Assembly: GCF_037042905.1 (NCBI RefSeq)
Contig: NC_087245.1
Coordinates: 20,958,001-21,018,000 of the forward strand
Origin: Lytechinus pictus
Lineage: Eukaryota
Direction of reading: 5' to 3'
Length of the DNA stretch: 60,000 nt
Notes under the pieces: model-generated
Seen by the model: only the letters and a program-made list of their open reading frames with translations
What the model was told of the DNA's origin: nothing
Databases searched by the model: none
Shown: positions 25,888-39,379 of the stretch, one piece after another
Position numbering within the stretch: the stretch's first letter is position 1
Layout: each line of letters starts with the position of its first letter
Position numbers and translations under genes: made by a program

Positions 25888-26590
25888 ATATTTATGGCTT
25901 TTTAATGTTCTTATTTCCACTTTCTCTCCATTCATGGTTTACCAACTTTTTGCACACACTCTCTCTCTCTTCCTCTCTTTCTGTATCTCATTCTTGTTCT
26001 CTTCTCTCTGTCTCCCTTTTATTCTCTCTTACACTCTCTCTTTAAATCTCTTGTCTTTCCCCTCACTCTTTATCATCTCCTGTTTCATTGCCTTTCTCCT
26101 CTCCCTCTCCTCTCTCTATCCATTTCTCCCTTCCACCCCCTTCTCTCTTTATTATTTATTTATCCTACATAAGTGACCTTCTCCATCCCTGTCTTCCCTT
26201 CCTCTCATCATGTTATATACACTTTGAAACATGTGTTTTACACATCTTCCACAAGACCTGTTCTGACAGCATCCCATGTTATTATTTGGACTTGTAATCT
26301 ACTACAGATATGAAATCACTTTACATGTACATCTTATTTACAAAACCAAGAGCATGGGTGCCTAATGGGGGTTCATATTTGTACATCAGTGGGAGAAAGC
26401 TCTTTGCCAACAACCTCCCCCCCCCCCCCCCCCGTCTCCCATCCCCTGGCCAAGACAAGAAATATATGAGACTTGCAAAAGGGTTTCATCATGGTATGAC
26501 TCCTTCATCATTCAATTCTGTGAATGTTAGATCATTTAGTCCTGTATGATATACCTTTTTTTCTGCCATTCATAACTAAAAGGGATTTCA

Positions 26591-26778
26591 GGGGTTGTTT
26601 CATATAAAAGCTGTTTGTAAGTCAAGAATGACTTTAAGAACGACTGGTGATCATTTCTTACGCACTAAACCATCGCCCAGTGAACATTTTGGTGTATACC
26701 ATTTACAACATGAAAAAGGTTCACCAGTCGTTCTTAAAGTCGTTCTTAACATACGAACAGCTTTATGAAACACCCACC
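26591..26778. mobile_element. ~180-bp palindromic MITE family, copy 2
   Basis: Same arms as 27277-27457; CAG at both flanks (possible 3-bp TSD, Harbinger-like). Confidence 0.85.
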
Positions 26779-27276
26779 AGGTCTGTAATAAGCACCCTTC
26801 TTGCAGCCACTATCATCTAACCAAAACACAAACACAATTCTAATTGGTACATGTACAATAACAAGCCATTTATGCATTTAGCTGCATGGTATATAATGGT
26901 ATATATGACTGTCAAGGTCATCTGAGCTTGGTTGAGCAAGCAGACACATTTCTGGTATATCTGGCGGCATATCATTAGATTACTAGCCCATTAGAAATGC
27001 TATTTGGCTGTAATTGTGGAGAGTTTAATGTATTACTGGCTCTAACATTAAATGATACATGGGACAACATGCTTTTTACATCTTTGCTCTGTTTCCATGA
27101 CAGCTATTTCAATATTCAAATTTAGTTTCTATTTTTCTTATTCTGAATTTATATATCTTGAACATTTCACATGCTTGTGTATAAATACTTGATCAGTGAG
27201 ATAGATTATATTCTGATAGGTCAAATTATTTTTCATTTAAATCTTTTTTCCCCTTTATTCAAGTCAATATAATACA

Positions 27277-27457
27277 GGGGTCCGTTTCATAAAGCTGTTC
27301 GTAAGTTAAGAGCGACTTTAAGAACGACTGGTGATTCTTTCTTGTGATAGATGACGTTCACCATTATATGTTGGTGATAATTTAGCGCGTAAGAAAGGAT
27401 TACCAGTCGTTCTTAAAGTCGCTCTTAACTTACGAACAGCTTTATGAAACACCCACC
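27277..27457. mobile_element. ~180-bp palindromic MITE family, copy 3 (best preserved)
   Basis: ~60-bp near-perfect inverted arms gtttcataaagctgttcgtaagttaagagcgactttaagaacgactggt. Confidence 0.9.
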
Positions 27458-29119
27458 TTATCGGGTATAATTTCACATTTACAAACATATCAAACTAAAT
27501 TTGATGGTTAATTTTTTCCCCCATTTTGATATTGCCATTTTTGCCAAGTCTTTACTTTTGGCAGCAGCTTAAGTACACTACTGAAAAAAAGGAATCAGTT
27601 ACAGCAAAAATCAGCCTTCCACTTGAAATCATTTTGAGAGCAAACTTGCACCATATTGTTCAAACACCAGCACTTTAGCAAAATTTGCCCTGCTTTAATG
27701 GAGACAATTCTTCATTAGTATAGTGGGTAAATCAGTGAATCAGTTGTTTTTTGCTACATGTTGGAAATAAGAATAATATTTAAATTACAACAAACTAAAA
27801 CCTGCCTCAAAGTTCTACATCATACAAAAAATTTATGCCATAAAAGTCTGTTGATTCTGAAAAGTTATTTTAGATTATTATGCGGTGATAGATACAATTG
27901 TATTATAATGCTGGGTAGCTACATGTACAAGAAGGTCATTTCCCTTATTGATTGTACTTAATACATTCTTGCGGGAACCTTAACAGCAGTATCTCCCAAA
28001 GTGTCAAAACTATTATCCCTTCTCATTAAGACCAATTATATTGAATATACCCCTGTGCAAATCACCAAATTGATATGCTATCCCACTCTTTACAGTGCCT
28101 CAATACTCTTATGGAGACTCATTAGTGCTCTGATTGTAATCAAAGCTTTGATGAGTCTCCATTGGTTTGGTATTTCTATGAATAAAAGGACAAAGGCGTC
28201 AGATCATTATTTGTTTGATGGAAGTACCATGTGTAAAAATCAATTGTTCTTAAAATAACAGAATAGGGCACCTGACCTCTTGTTGTTCTTTGTCATGGCT
28301 ACTTTTATATTAAATGATTATCCAATTTTGATATATTTATTTAAAAACAGTACACAAAAGAAAGCAATATAGAAAATTACAGTGTAGTTATGTGTTTTAC
28401 AGATTAAAAAAATATACTGGTATATATATATGGAAATTGAATGACTACCACAGGTATTTTTTTAATTCATTTGGGGATTTGTTATTTTTTTGTCATTTGT
28501 ATTGTTTTTTTTTTGTTTGGGGTAAGATTTGCATTTGATGAAAATGTATTTTATTACATGTTTGTGCTTATTAAACCTCATTAAAGATGACAATCTGCCA
28601 TTATCATCAAGAACATGGAACTCAATCAATAAGTCCTTTGGTGAAAGTTAGATATTGTAACTTGATACTGTGCTGAAAATATTGAAAGAGAACCAAGTAG
28701 AGTAACTGTATTTCCAGGTTGCCGTCGTATTCTATTAAAAGTACTTATGAAACAAAGGTGTTAGATTTCTGAGAATGATATTGATTTTGTCTCCTGTCTG
28801 TATAGAATCAGCTGCTAAATCCCATTATGGAAAAAATATGGGTTCAAATCAGGATATATGTTTGATTTTCTTTTTTGCCATGTTGATAAAGAGGCCAGGT
28901 GAATATTACCATGAAATTTCACCGTTAATGGTTTTCGGCATGTTGATCTATAGGGATGTCTATTTGATACAAAGACTGATTTATAGGCTGTGTCAATTAT
29001 TTGTATATTCTTATTCATCCATCCCGAGATAACCTATTCACCCCGCCAGGATGTGAGAAAGATTGACGTTTTCTTCTTTTTAAATTTATGTTGAGAGGTA
29101 TTATTTTTCATTTCTTATA

Positions 29120-29276
29120 TGTCAGCCACATTTCCCCTATTGTGGCCGTACAGCGAGTCAAGCTGCTGTTTTAATATTTTTTGTACCAGCTACATAAAGG
29201 TGGTTTGAATATAAATGAAATAAAACGGTTGTTTTTTAATCATGGTACAGCCACCAAAGGGGAAATGTGACTGAGG
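29120..29276. mobile_element. ~155-bp MITE
   Basis: Inverted ends tcagccacatttcccct / aggggaaatgtgactga. Confidence 0.65.
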
Positions 29277-30403
29277 TATTAGTCATAATCGCAGGCCTGC
29301 ACTGCATGAGCTATCATGCTGCAGCATCATCGTAAATGCACACTGTATCCCTTGAACTCTGACAAACACCACATCTATCCACTAAACCAAAGCAAACTTG
29401 TCTACATCATATGAATGACCCTGGGCATCTTCTAATCTTTAGTCTGTATCGCTTAAAATTGAGTCCATCCTTCCTGGAAGTTTCACGTTTGACCCATCAC
29501 CTCTGTGAGTTCTGCAAGTAAAATGTAATCATCAATGTAGAATAAATCACCTCTTTGCATTCATTGTCCTCATTTTGAAGACTAATCCTGCTCCATTTAA
29601 AGGGGATTTAAGAATGAAGCTTTGGGCAGCTGAACCATTCCCGTGCCGCAACAAATATGTATGAGATATAGCATAACCCGCTGGTCTGTGATATAAATAA
29701 ACATTGAAAATATTAGGTTAATCTTGTATAATGATTAACATTCTTTTATGATGTGTACACATGAACAGAGCTTTACTTTGTAACAAAGTTTGTCAAATCA
29801 TACTTTTGATCAGTTTATGCCCCTTTTGCATGAACAATGTGTACTTTCAAGTGGCTTGAAAGTTTTCAAAGGATGATTAAAGATGCATTTAGATCAGTCA
29901 TCCTTTTTTTTTCTTCATTTGTATAATCCCGAGTATGAATAAATTCCCTGTTGAAGTTAGAAGTATGTTTTTTTCATATTCATTTCCATATACTTTAAAT
30001 GCCCTGATGACTTCAACATATACTTTTAAGCACCAAGGGAAAGTTTCATGTACCGTAGTGATATGTCATTGCTTTTCACCTGAAAGCTGTTATAAGCTAC
30101 TGAAATCCTGAGATCTCATTGGCTGAGAAACATTTTGTCAGCAAAATCCCAGAGAAGATACTTCTTGAAGTACTCCTAAGGGATCATAGCATAAAGTGAA
30201 CTGAATTTGTAAGTGGTCTTTGATACTTGCTGGTGGACTTGTTTGTCATCGGTGATTCCCAATCATCTGAAAGAGAAGCTTGGACTGCTATGTAAGCTAT
30301 GCGCAGGTGGATTAATGCAGTGAAAGACGGGTGCTAGAGTGTCGTGGATACATGATGCTCACCTGGAACCAATTTGCATTAGAATTAAGTGACAAGGAAT
30401 CAT

Positions 30404-30483
30404 TTAATCCATTTGCCGCTGAATATTACAACTCCCATAGGCTTTGTACATGGACCAAATAGGTCCAGAAGGAAATGGGTTAA
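30404..30483. mobile_element. ~72-bp TTAA-flanked piggyBac-like mini-MITE, copy 1
   Basis: TTAA-tccattt...aaatggg-TTAA; reverse orientation to the copies at 30657 and 32567. Confidence 0.55.
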
Positions 30484-30656
30484 ACCTTGTTGAGCTGTAA
30501 GTTATATATATTGTTAAATTTCAAGAACAATATTCAAAAATTTCTTCTCATCAACCCTTATCAAACCTGCATTTCATAAACCCTGCCTCCTTCACATCCT
30601 TACAACTTCATTTAGAGAACGAATGTTTTCATCTCAGTTTTGTAAGGATTTCCCAT

Positions 30657-30735
30657 TTAACCTCTTTAGTACTGGAACCCGGTGGTCTCTGTACAAGGCC
30701 TCCAGAACTTACAGAATCAGTAGATGATGGGTTAA
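30657..30735. mobile_element. ~72-bp TTAA-flanked mini-MITE, copy 2
   Basis: TTAA-cct...ggg-TTAA; shares ggaacc.ggtggtc.ctgt with copy 3. Confidence 0.55.
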
Positions 30736-32016
30736 TCTTTACCTAAGTCATAATTCCTTTTGAGTTTATCGCCTTGTAATGCTACTTTCATAAATCACAT
30801 GCACTGGAAGTCAGGAGGGCATGGCTGACTCATCACAGGACCGAGGGAATACACTGCTTCACCTCACGATCTCTCATCCAAGCCGTAACAGAGCCTGACC
30901 GATTGCTAATAGAAAGATGAGGGTTTGTTGATAGTGGAGACCCCGATCATTAAGCCAGCCCTCCTTTATCTCCAGGGCATCAATATTCTACATGCATATC
31001 CAATCAGGTACTTCATTATCGCTGATCATCTTTCATTTCTCTGACCCAAATACTAGTGGCCATTACTCGTCAGGATTGTGGAAGAAATTCACCAGATTGC
31101 CGGCATTGTGTTAGCTCTTGTTTGTGCTGAAGAAGTTAATAAATTTTTCCATTCTCATTCATGATAATTTAAATTGTATTATCTCTGATTTGTGCAGAGA
31201 ATGTCAACAAACTATTCAGATTTCATTCTTGTGTTTGGTGTTATATCCTCTCTGATTTGTTAAAAGAAAGTCAACTAGTTTGCTGGATTTTTAGATCATT
31301 CAATAAGATTCAAAGTGGATTGTTTTAAAGGAAAATTGTTTACTGCTTGCTGCTCTCCACCTTTGTTGCCACTATAACCCATAATGCACTATTTATTGTT
31401 GTTCAGAAAGATATAGCATGATGGATACAACATCCTCGGAGAGGAAATCAACAAAAGTTGCCATGGCGATAGTCAGATTGGAAGAAAAAAAGATGTGAGA
31501 AGGACAAATAGGAAATATCTTTAACAACAACAATGAACTGTCATCTGTTGAGATGAGGGAAGAATGATTGGATCGGTATGAAATGATATTCATTACAATC
31601 CTTGATGAATGATGAGTTTTTAAAGAAAATATATCTTCTTGCAAGATAATGAATAGATGGCCATGCAGGAATATGAAGAGGAATTATGGTATATTCTTAT
31701 TTCATAGGAGATTGAAGTGATAACAGATTCTTCTTCGTGAGGCAAACAGAAAACAATTGAAATGGGGTTGTGAAGGAGGCCATTCAAACAGAAACAAGCA
31801 TTGTTTGTACATTGATATGTACCAGTACGTAATAGATCTCTGATATTTGCGATCAACACTTAATGATATTGATGAGTGAATTCAAGTTTGGTTTTGGTGG
31901 TTGTGTTAGGTGTTGGAAGACAAAATCAGATTTTTGCCACTACCTCCAACAATTAATATGATTTAAGAAAATTGAGCTAGATCAAATTATTAATATTTCC
32001 CAGGAACAGCTTCATT

Positions 32017-32317
32017 TTAAAGATAAATGCCAGTTGTGGTAGTGATCCAAAAATGAGTTTGAACACAATCCAATAAAATTACCATCCAAGTGTTTGTATG
32101 TATGAATAAAAAATATGTGCCAATGGCTCTGGGGAAAAAAATGTGTAAATTTTGGTCATAAGAATAATCGGTTTTCAGCTAAGATTTCATGATGTCGCAA
32201 AGATAAGTTTATTTCAATGTACCAGATCTAGATCTTTGATAATATGGTAGCAATTAACCTTGATCTTAAGACTTTCTCATGAAATAATTTTTACTGCAAC
32301 TACTTTCGTTTACCTTT
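32017..32317. mobile_element. Degenerate TTAA/Kolobok-like MITE
   Basis: ttaaagataaatgccagttgtggtag ... tactgcaactactttcgtttaccttt, imperfect inverted ends. Confidence 0.45.
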
Positions 32318-32566
32318 TGTTTGCCGATGTAAAAATTGGCCCAACTGTGTACTTCATCATAAATCTTGAAACCTTGTTCTTCCATTTCAAGAGTAAAGCC
32401 CACCGTACCGATTGGTAGCAAATGAACATTTATCTGAAACGGATTGAAAAGACTGCTATATTAACTTTCTTGAATATAAAGTAATGTCTGTGGGATAATC
32501 TAATCACTTCATGCACAAGTTCTCAGTCTTCTTTCTGAATTTGGAGCCATTTGCAGCAAGAAGAAT

Positions 32567-32646
32567 TTAACCCGTTGCTTACGGGAACCAGGTGGTCCCT
32601 GTGTTAAACCTATGGGATTCAGAGAATCTCGGAGGCAACGGGTTAA
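32567..32646. mobile_element. ~72-bp TTAA-flanked mini-MITE, copy 3
   Basis: TTAA-cccgttgctt ... aggcaacggg-TTAA. Confidence 0.7.
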
Positions 32647-32933
32647 GGATGTCCAGCAGGCTTGCAAAATTATAATGATTTGGAGTATAGGGCAACACGA
32701 TCAGTTTCGTCCAGTAGGTAGCCGTGCAACCAGGACGTGTGAACTGTCCATGCTGTCCATGTGACACTTCTAATCGGTTTGACCCATTTTACCCTCTCAT
32801 TTCTTTATAATTCTTCTTGATTAGGATACAATTTTACCGATCTTCAATTTGCTAGAATAAAAAGGCACCTTGACAATTATAGTCACAGCTGCGTTTTTCC
32901 CATAGAATCCTGCCAGTGTCTGGTCATCACTTC

Positions 32934-33400
32934 CCGCCCTTTCACACGGTACCAAAATCGTAATTTGAATGATGATTCTAGTGTAAAAAAATTCTAATTA
33001 ATCTTTAGCACGTGTTAAACCAAACTAGAATCACGAACGCTAATCACAATCACGAATTCAAATTCTACTCCGGAGGTGAATTCCAGTTAAGTTTCACTTA
33101 AATTACGGTACGGATTTTACTTCTGAGAGGGTTGACCTCCAAAACATCTTTTGAGGGGCGGAGCTTACTTGACCTTTCAAGCACTTCCGTAGATAATACA
33201 ATTGTCATACACTCATCGTAGTTTCTTTTTTGCTTTGAGTGGGTTTGATAAACAAGTCACCAAGGACACAATACCACCTTCGCTCAGGAATTTGAATTCA
33301 AATCACAGTTTTCGAGTGAATGTGTGAATGGTACAATGATTCTAAAGACGAATTGCTATCATTACAATGATGATTCAAGATTCTCGTGTGAAAAGACCCT
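32934..33400. mobile_element. ~460-bp Harbinger/Tourist-like MITE, inverted relative to the 37543 and 45509 copies
   Basis: Ends gccctttcacacg / cgtgtgaaaagacc; reverse-complement homology to 45509-45945. Confidence 0.85.
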
Positions 33401-33558
33401 TAATCTCTCATTTCATCATAGAAAAGACAATGGGGGAAGTAGAGATAGATGCTTATTACCTTAATGTTAAGATTGCTGCTGAAAGATATTGTATAGACAG
33501 ACCTTTAAAAAAGGTGCCTGTAAGGAAACTATGTCCATCTCTTTTCGAGATCTTACCA

Positions 33559-33740
33559 GATATGTGTTTCATAAAGCTTTTAGTAAGTTAACAAACAACT
33601 TTAGAAAAGACTGGTGATCATATCTTAGGCCCTAAATCAACACCAATGAAAATTTGGTGTATATCATTTACCACAAGAAAGGATCACTCGTCGTTTGTCA
33701 ATTCGCTGGTAACTTCCAAACAATTTATGAAACACTCAGC
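33559..33740. mobile_element. ~180-bp palindromic MITE family, copy 4 (diverged)
   Basis: tgtttcataaagc ... tttatgaaaca, with internal homology to 27277-27457. Confidence 0.75.
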
Positions 33741-33777
33741 CGAACTTGAAATTGGCTTTATATTCCTGTTGAAGTAC

Positions 33778-33992
33778 AGGGCGTGTAGTTAGAATCTTAA
33801 GTGTGACTTAGAATCGCACTTATATTAACAGATGTATGCAGTATATAATGTATCACCACATTGGTCTAGTTATTATTATAGAATGCATGCTGTCCTGTAT
33901 CCATCAATCAATTTGCATGTTTAATATATGTTGTGGTTGGCATTTAAGAACGACTTTGAGTCACTTTTAACTTTTTTGTTAAACACCCCGAG
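33778..33992. mobile_element. Degenerate ~210-bp palindromic MITE
   Basis: Imperfect arms ttaagtgtgacttagaatcg / cgactttgagtcacttttaa. Confidence 0.45.
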
Positions 33993-34101
33993 GTTGGTTA
34001 ATTTGCTACGGTTTCAAAGGGATGTTACTGCACTGTCTTTAATTATTAGACTGTTTTCTGAGGCACTGTATTGTCATTTTTTGCTTTATTCACCATGGAG
34101 C

Positions 34102-35105
34102 ATTCAAATTCAAATTCAAATTTATTTATTTCACTTCCATCAATTGTACATACATGAATTGTATACCATATATAAACATAAATATTTGTATACGTTGCAA
34201 AAAAAGAAAATAATGATACATATGTTGTGAAAAAAAAAAAAAAACACTTAGACAATTTGGGCAACACATTGTAGGTTTTAAATAAGTATACTATTTTTCA
34301 ATAGAAATTAAATTAAGATGGAAATGGAGGGACCCACTAAAAAGCAATGCTTGTACAATGTGGGCCCCTCAAAAAATAGATAACACAACAAATAACAAAA
34401 TAGCAAAGTATAAATACAGATAATCAAATGAGAAAAAAAAATAACTGAGAGGGAAATACTCACAAAATAAATACAAAGTTATCAAAAATATACAGTTAGA
34501 TAAAGGACAAAACAACCCGTCCTAAAAATATCCACCCTTCGCGACCCCATCCCCCCCCCCCCAGAAAAAGAGAAGGGAAAAAAAAAAGAAGGGGAGAATG
34601 CCCTGAGAAGATGGATGGGTGTTGCTGTATGTAGATAGAACACATGCCGTCGTGGACTCAAGCAAACTGGATTCAATGATGTGTATAAAAGGAGAAAAAG
34701 TATATAAAATAACCTGGAAAGAATATAATGCACGAAAAATGTGATTGATGCCGTAAACAAATAACCGGTAGGAAGGCGGATAAGCGGACAGGAGAGGAGA
34801 AAATAGAGGAGAGGATAGACACAATAATGTATGAGGTTCAATAATGAGCACATCGGAGAAGGACTTGTGTCAGATTTTTTTTAATGAAAAAAGGATAATA
34901 ATTATTTTATGTTTTAATTGTAGTCTTTAAAGTAATAATGATGACTTGACAGAGATGATGAATTAAACTTAATTTGGGAGTATATTATAAGGTTTTAATA
35001 GAGATAATTTGAATTTAGTCTTAAAAGAGTTCAAAGATGTTGCATTTGTTATATCATTATGAAGTGAGTTCCATAACTTCAGTCCATCATATATAAATGT
35101 GGAGT
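34102..35105 (-). mobile_element. 3' end of an L2/Crack/CR1-group LINE (5' truncated)
   Basis: Minus strand encodes TFIYDGLKLWNSLHNDITNATSLNSFKTKFK...stop (ORF2 C-terminus), then a long 3' UTR with a stem-loop (~34328-34370), AATAAA and a (TTTGAA)n tail. Confidence 0.8.
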
Positions 35106-35155
35106 TGCAGGGAATATTATCTTTTTAGCGATGCCATTTCATGGTTTTGATATAA

Positions 35156-35368
35156 AGGCCTGGTCCCACTGGCCGACGGACACAAATGTATTCATAATGG
35201 ATACAGCGGACAGGCAAATTTTGGGGTGGCTCCATCCGTTTTCATCCACTCCAGACAATGGACAAAATGGGGAAACATTAAAATCACATATGCAACTGAC
35301 ACAACGGATACATAACGTTTTTGAATGGATGGCCTCTCTGCATCCGTAAGAGCAGTGGGACCAAGCCT
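35156..35368. mobile_element. Harbinger/Tourist-like MITE with TAA TSD
   Basis: TAA|aggcctggtcccactg ... cagtgggaccaagcct|TAA. Confidence 0.85.
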
Positions 35369-36404
35369 TAACCTATGGTGAGGATTATTTGTTTACAGGT
35401 CATGTTTGCGTCCTGATTGCTTTATGGAGATTTGAGTTTCACTATTAACAGAGTCCTTCACCTTTCTTATTAGAGAAAAGATTTAATTCCCCTATTGAGA
35501 ATAGATTTTTTTTCTTCACGTAATTGAAATCGTTGGAAGAGATTATAGTAAATGAAGTTGAACAAAAAGATGTCAATGTAAAAACAGAACTTGAATTTGA
35601 CTACTTTAAAAAAAAGGTATGAGTGTATATTTTATTTGAAGAGCAGTCATGTGTCTGAGTCAAAGTGCAAATTACATAGGTATAAGTCTCAAGTTTTAAG
35701 TGAAAGTTAAAGGTCATTTTATGTGTTCCACATGGAAGAAACTTTGGCTTAGTTATGGAATTTTCTAATCATCTCATGCATGTATGTTTTTCAGAATCCA
35801 ATGTTATTGGGATTTGGGTTAAGCGAAATGCAAGGAGAAGGTGTGGAAAATGATGGCCATCATTGTCACTCCAAGCACGTCTTTCAAAATGAAAATCCAA
35901 TCGTTGAGGGGGATTGTGCATTGAAACTTGTTTAATATTGATGCCTCCACGAGGGAATTAAAAGAACAGCAAATGATGAGTTCCTTCACCTTCCTTTAAT
36001 CAAATACAGACTGCCCCTTTCATTTCTTAGCGCTTGCTCATGTCGCTATCGCTAAATTCTAGAACTTTGTACACTTGATGCCCAGGAAGCAAATAGATGT
36101 TCTTGTACAAAAATGGTTCTTTGTCTTGGAGGGTAAACACCGTAATGTAATAAGCACAGTGCAATCAACCTGAACATTCAATTATGTAACCCATTTCAAT
36201 TCCCATTTTACGTGATGTCCTCAAGAAATGAAGCAGAACGGAGTAGATTTGCTAATTTTCCTGATGAATTTTTAATTTGTGAGATGAGTTAAGCAATCAC
36301 AAAAGCTGTGAAGTCATTACATTTATACGACAGTTAATTTGATGAGGCATATTTGTATTTTTTCTTATATACTAATTGGGTCAAACAGAATCTGCATACA
36401 TAAG

Positions 36405-36408
36405 ATAT

Positions 36409-36443
<35 letters not shown>
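36405..36443. repeat. (TA)n microsatellite
   Basis: Visible dinucleotide run. Confidence 0.9.
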
Positions 36444-36454
<11 letters not shown>

Positions 36455-37542
36455 ATCAAAGTACTTTTCCCTACATCTTCATTTCATGCAACCAGAGCAA
36501 TTGAATTGATCCCAATAAAAAATTGAAATAGCACAATTATCAAATCATTTTATCAATCATATTCATACTATATTCATGTTGACATGGTTTTGTTTTTGTT
36601 TTTGTTTCTTTCTACACAATTTATATGATTTTTTAAAAGATAATCACTTCAGACCGTAGGATTTGCTTACATTGCTTTACTGACATACTCCTTGGACAAA
36701 CATAAAATAGCAAAATGGCTTATTTGAATGCTCACTTGCTTTTCAAGGACTACATCAAATCTTAAGATTTTCTGATATTTTCTTTCCCAAGGGGATATTA
36801 CCAGTAGAACTTGTATTCCGGAAATGGAGTTGAATTTCCTTAGGATATCTTAGAACAAGTGATAAATTACCAATTGTTTTTTGTTTTATGCTATGAAAAT
36901 AATAGAAGGAAGAAGGAGGAGAAGAGTTAATGCTAACAGTCTGAGGAGATTCTTGTACTTGAGCGGTTAAGACTCATCCATCATTGTCAGTAAGGGAAAG
37001 ATCCACATCGTTAGTTCTGACCGTGATCTCGTTAAAATCTTGACCATGCTCTATTGTCCAGGGAGAGGGAACCTATCGTCTTTCAATTTGTGGATCTTGT
37101 TTTCTATGGCCACGCGCCACTCTTCATGATTGCATCAAATTCATGTGTGTTTTTTCTCAATTCTGGCCTTTTTTCATGGAAAATATTGAGGAGAGTTTAA
37201 GGGCTACATTGAAAAGCTCAGATGTCTCATGTCTTTGTTCGTGTGAAGACCTTATTGAGTTCTGAGCAAGGAATCGTCCAAATAAATTATTGTGATAGTT
37301 ATGGTAGCGTGGCCATTCTGTACTGTTTGTAGTTTTGGATTCAAACAGTCACTATTTGATTTATTTTGATTTAGAGACAGAGATTTGAGATGTTGAATTA
37401 CCAGATACTGTACTTGATATGGAACCACTGTGCATTGTTTTCTTTTAATTATTATCGGAAATAATTATAGAATGCCTAGAGCATTGACAGGATTTATACA
37501 ACTTATGTATTATGCATAATTGTGTTTGGTTTTGGATACTGA

Positions 37543-37827
37543 GGGCCTTTTCACACCTGAATCTTGAATCATCACTGTAGTGATGATTGCAATTCATCTT
37601 TAGATTCTTCGGACCTTTCACACGCTCACTCGAAAACTGTGATTTGAGTGAAACTTAACTGGAATTTACCCTCGGAGTAGAATTTGAATTTGTGATTGTG
37701 ATTAGCGTGCATGATTCTAATCATGTTCTGGTTTGGTTTCACACGTGCTAAAAATTTGTCATTATCCTTATTTTTCACTGGAATCATCATTCAAATTATG
37801 ATTTTTTTTTACCGTGTGAAAGTGCGG
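37543..37827. mobile_element. Internally deleted copy of the ~460-bp MITE
   Basis: Same ends as 45509-45945, but the central part is missing after aaaactgtgatttga. Confidence 0.85.
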
Positions 37828-38909
37828 CTATTTATATACTTGGCATTGGATTTCAATCAGTTTAGAAATAAAAAATGCTTTTTATCCTGCATCTTATTCT
37901 GTAAAACAAATGGATGATTAGGTGAAGGTTGGCGGTTACATTGCTTCACGGTGACCACTATACAAATTAATAACATTGTATGCAGTGAAGCTTTTCAATT
38001 ATTCTTGTTGATTTGTTCACATCTGTGATTGGATCTTGGTAATGACATTTGTTTCATGCTTCATAAAGTTTGTCATGGTCATGCTGGTAACGTTCCCACT
38101 GCATTTCATGAATATCGTTTTGTTTTGATTGCTTCATGTTGTCATCGTACCATCGTCAGAAGCATATTGTTATCTCCTTGAAGTCATTGGCAACTGGATT
38201 TTGATGGTCAGCCTGTTTCTTTTAAATTATATTTGAATATAAGAAGTGAGTAGTCATGGGTTTAGTTTTAGATAGTGTACAAAGGGAAAATCTAAAGTTG
38301 GAAAATATTTTCAAACGGGGAACTCCCTGATTGGTCAAACACTTGAAAAGCTATATTCTATTTAGTTGCTTGAACCTCGTAACCTTTTTTTTTTGCTAAT
38401 CAAGAGACCACTATTGGCAAGAAATCGTTACTTCTTGATCCCGAAAGGATCTACAGTACTTCCCAATCGATTTCTCATCTCTATAAGTCAAATGAGAGAA
38501 TTTAGTACCTGTAACCTCTGTTCCAAATATGAGAAAGCACAATTAGAAAGTGACATTACAAAGTAATACTTGCTTCTCTAACCTCTAGTTTCTCAACCCC
38601 AAGGTTTCAATCAGAAATCTCTTTAGGGAAGTACTCAACATTCATAACTTTTGTGCATACAGGGATCCATGACAAAAGTAAAATCCACCAATGCAAAGAA
38701 ACCATTGCCTCTCAAATCCCAAGTGGTCCAGCCTCTGTGGATGTGGATCTTCATCAAACTCTTGTCTCCTTGGAGGAGTATTGACCAGCTAGAAAGCCAG
38801 ATGTTCTGTGTATGAAAGGTATCTGAACTCTGGAGAATGGTTGTCTGGTATCTGAGATTGCATTCCATCTTGATGCACTCTCACTTGAGTTCAAATTGTT
38901 GTTACTCCT

Positions 38910-39186
38910 ATAACAGTTTTCACACTCACCCGATCAAAAAAATCTCTGAGCGGGAGTTCTCTCCAGGTCACAAAATAGCAGCTGTTTTGCCAGTGTGAAA
39001 ACTAAGCAATCATAATATCCCAGAAAGAAAACAACTTCCAGTTGGAGGGTTATTTTTCAACCTTATAAAATTTTTGCAGGGATTTCTCCAAGGTTGTGGG
39101 GATATTGGCTGGTGTGAAAGCAAACTTGAGAACTTAAGATGTGAGTTAATGGAAATTCTTGTGATTGGGCAGGTGTGAAACCACAT
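38910..39186. mobile_element. Degenerate MITE with TTTCACAC termini
   Basis: gttttcacactcacccgatca ... tgattgggcaggtgtgaaac, plus internal gtgtgaaa motifs. Confidence 0.55.
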
Positions 39187-39379
39187 CTGGTAATAGTTCA
39201 GAAAGGTAAAGTACTGACAAAATTAGGGGAAGAAGGAAGTTACAAATGAAGTTACTGTTTATACACAGAGGGGATCAGGAGAAGAAAGGAGTAATTTGCT
39301 TTTTGCGGATTGGAGATATATTTGATGGGAGATTGGACTAGGTTGCTTTTCAGTGATTATTAAAATTATAGAAGTCATT

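Noticed and set aside
25558..26297. Hydrophobic L/S/F-rich ORFs resembling membrane proteins
   Set aside because: Artefact of TCTA/TCTG and pyrimidine-rich low-complexity DNA.
31406..31530. Possible exon after ttgttCAG (MMDTTSSERK...)
   Set aside because: No convincing donor or recognisable protein; could be decayed LINE or UTR sequence.
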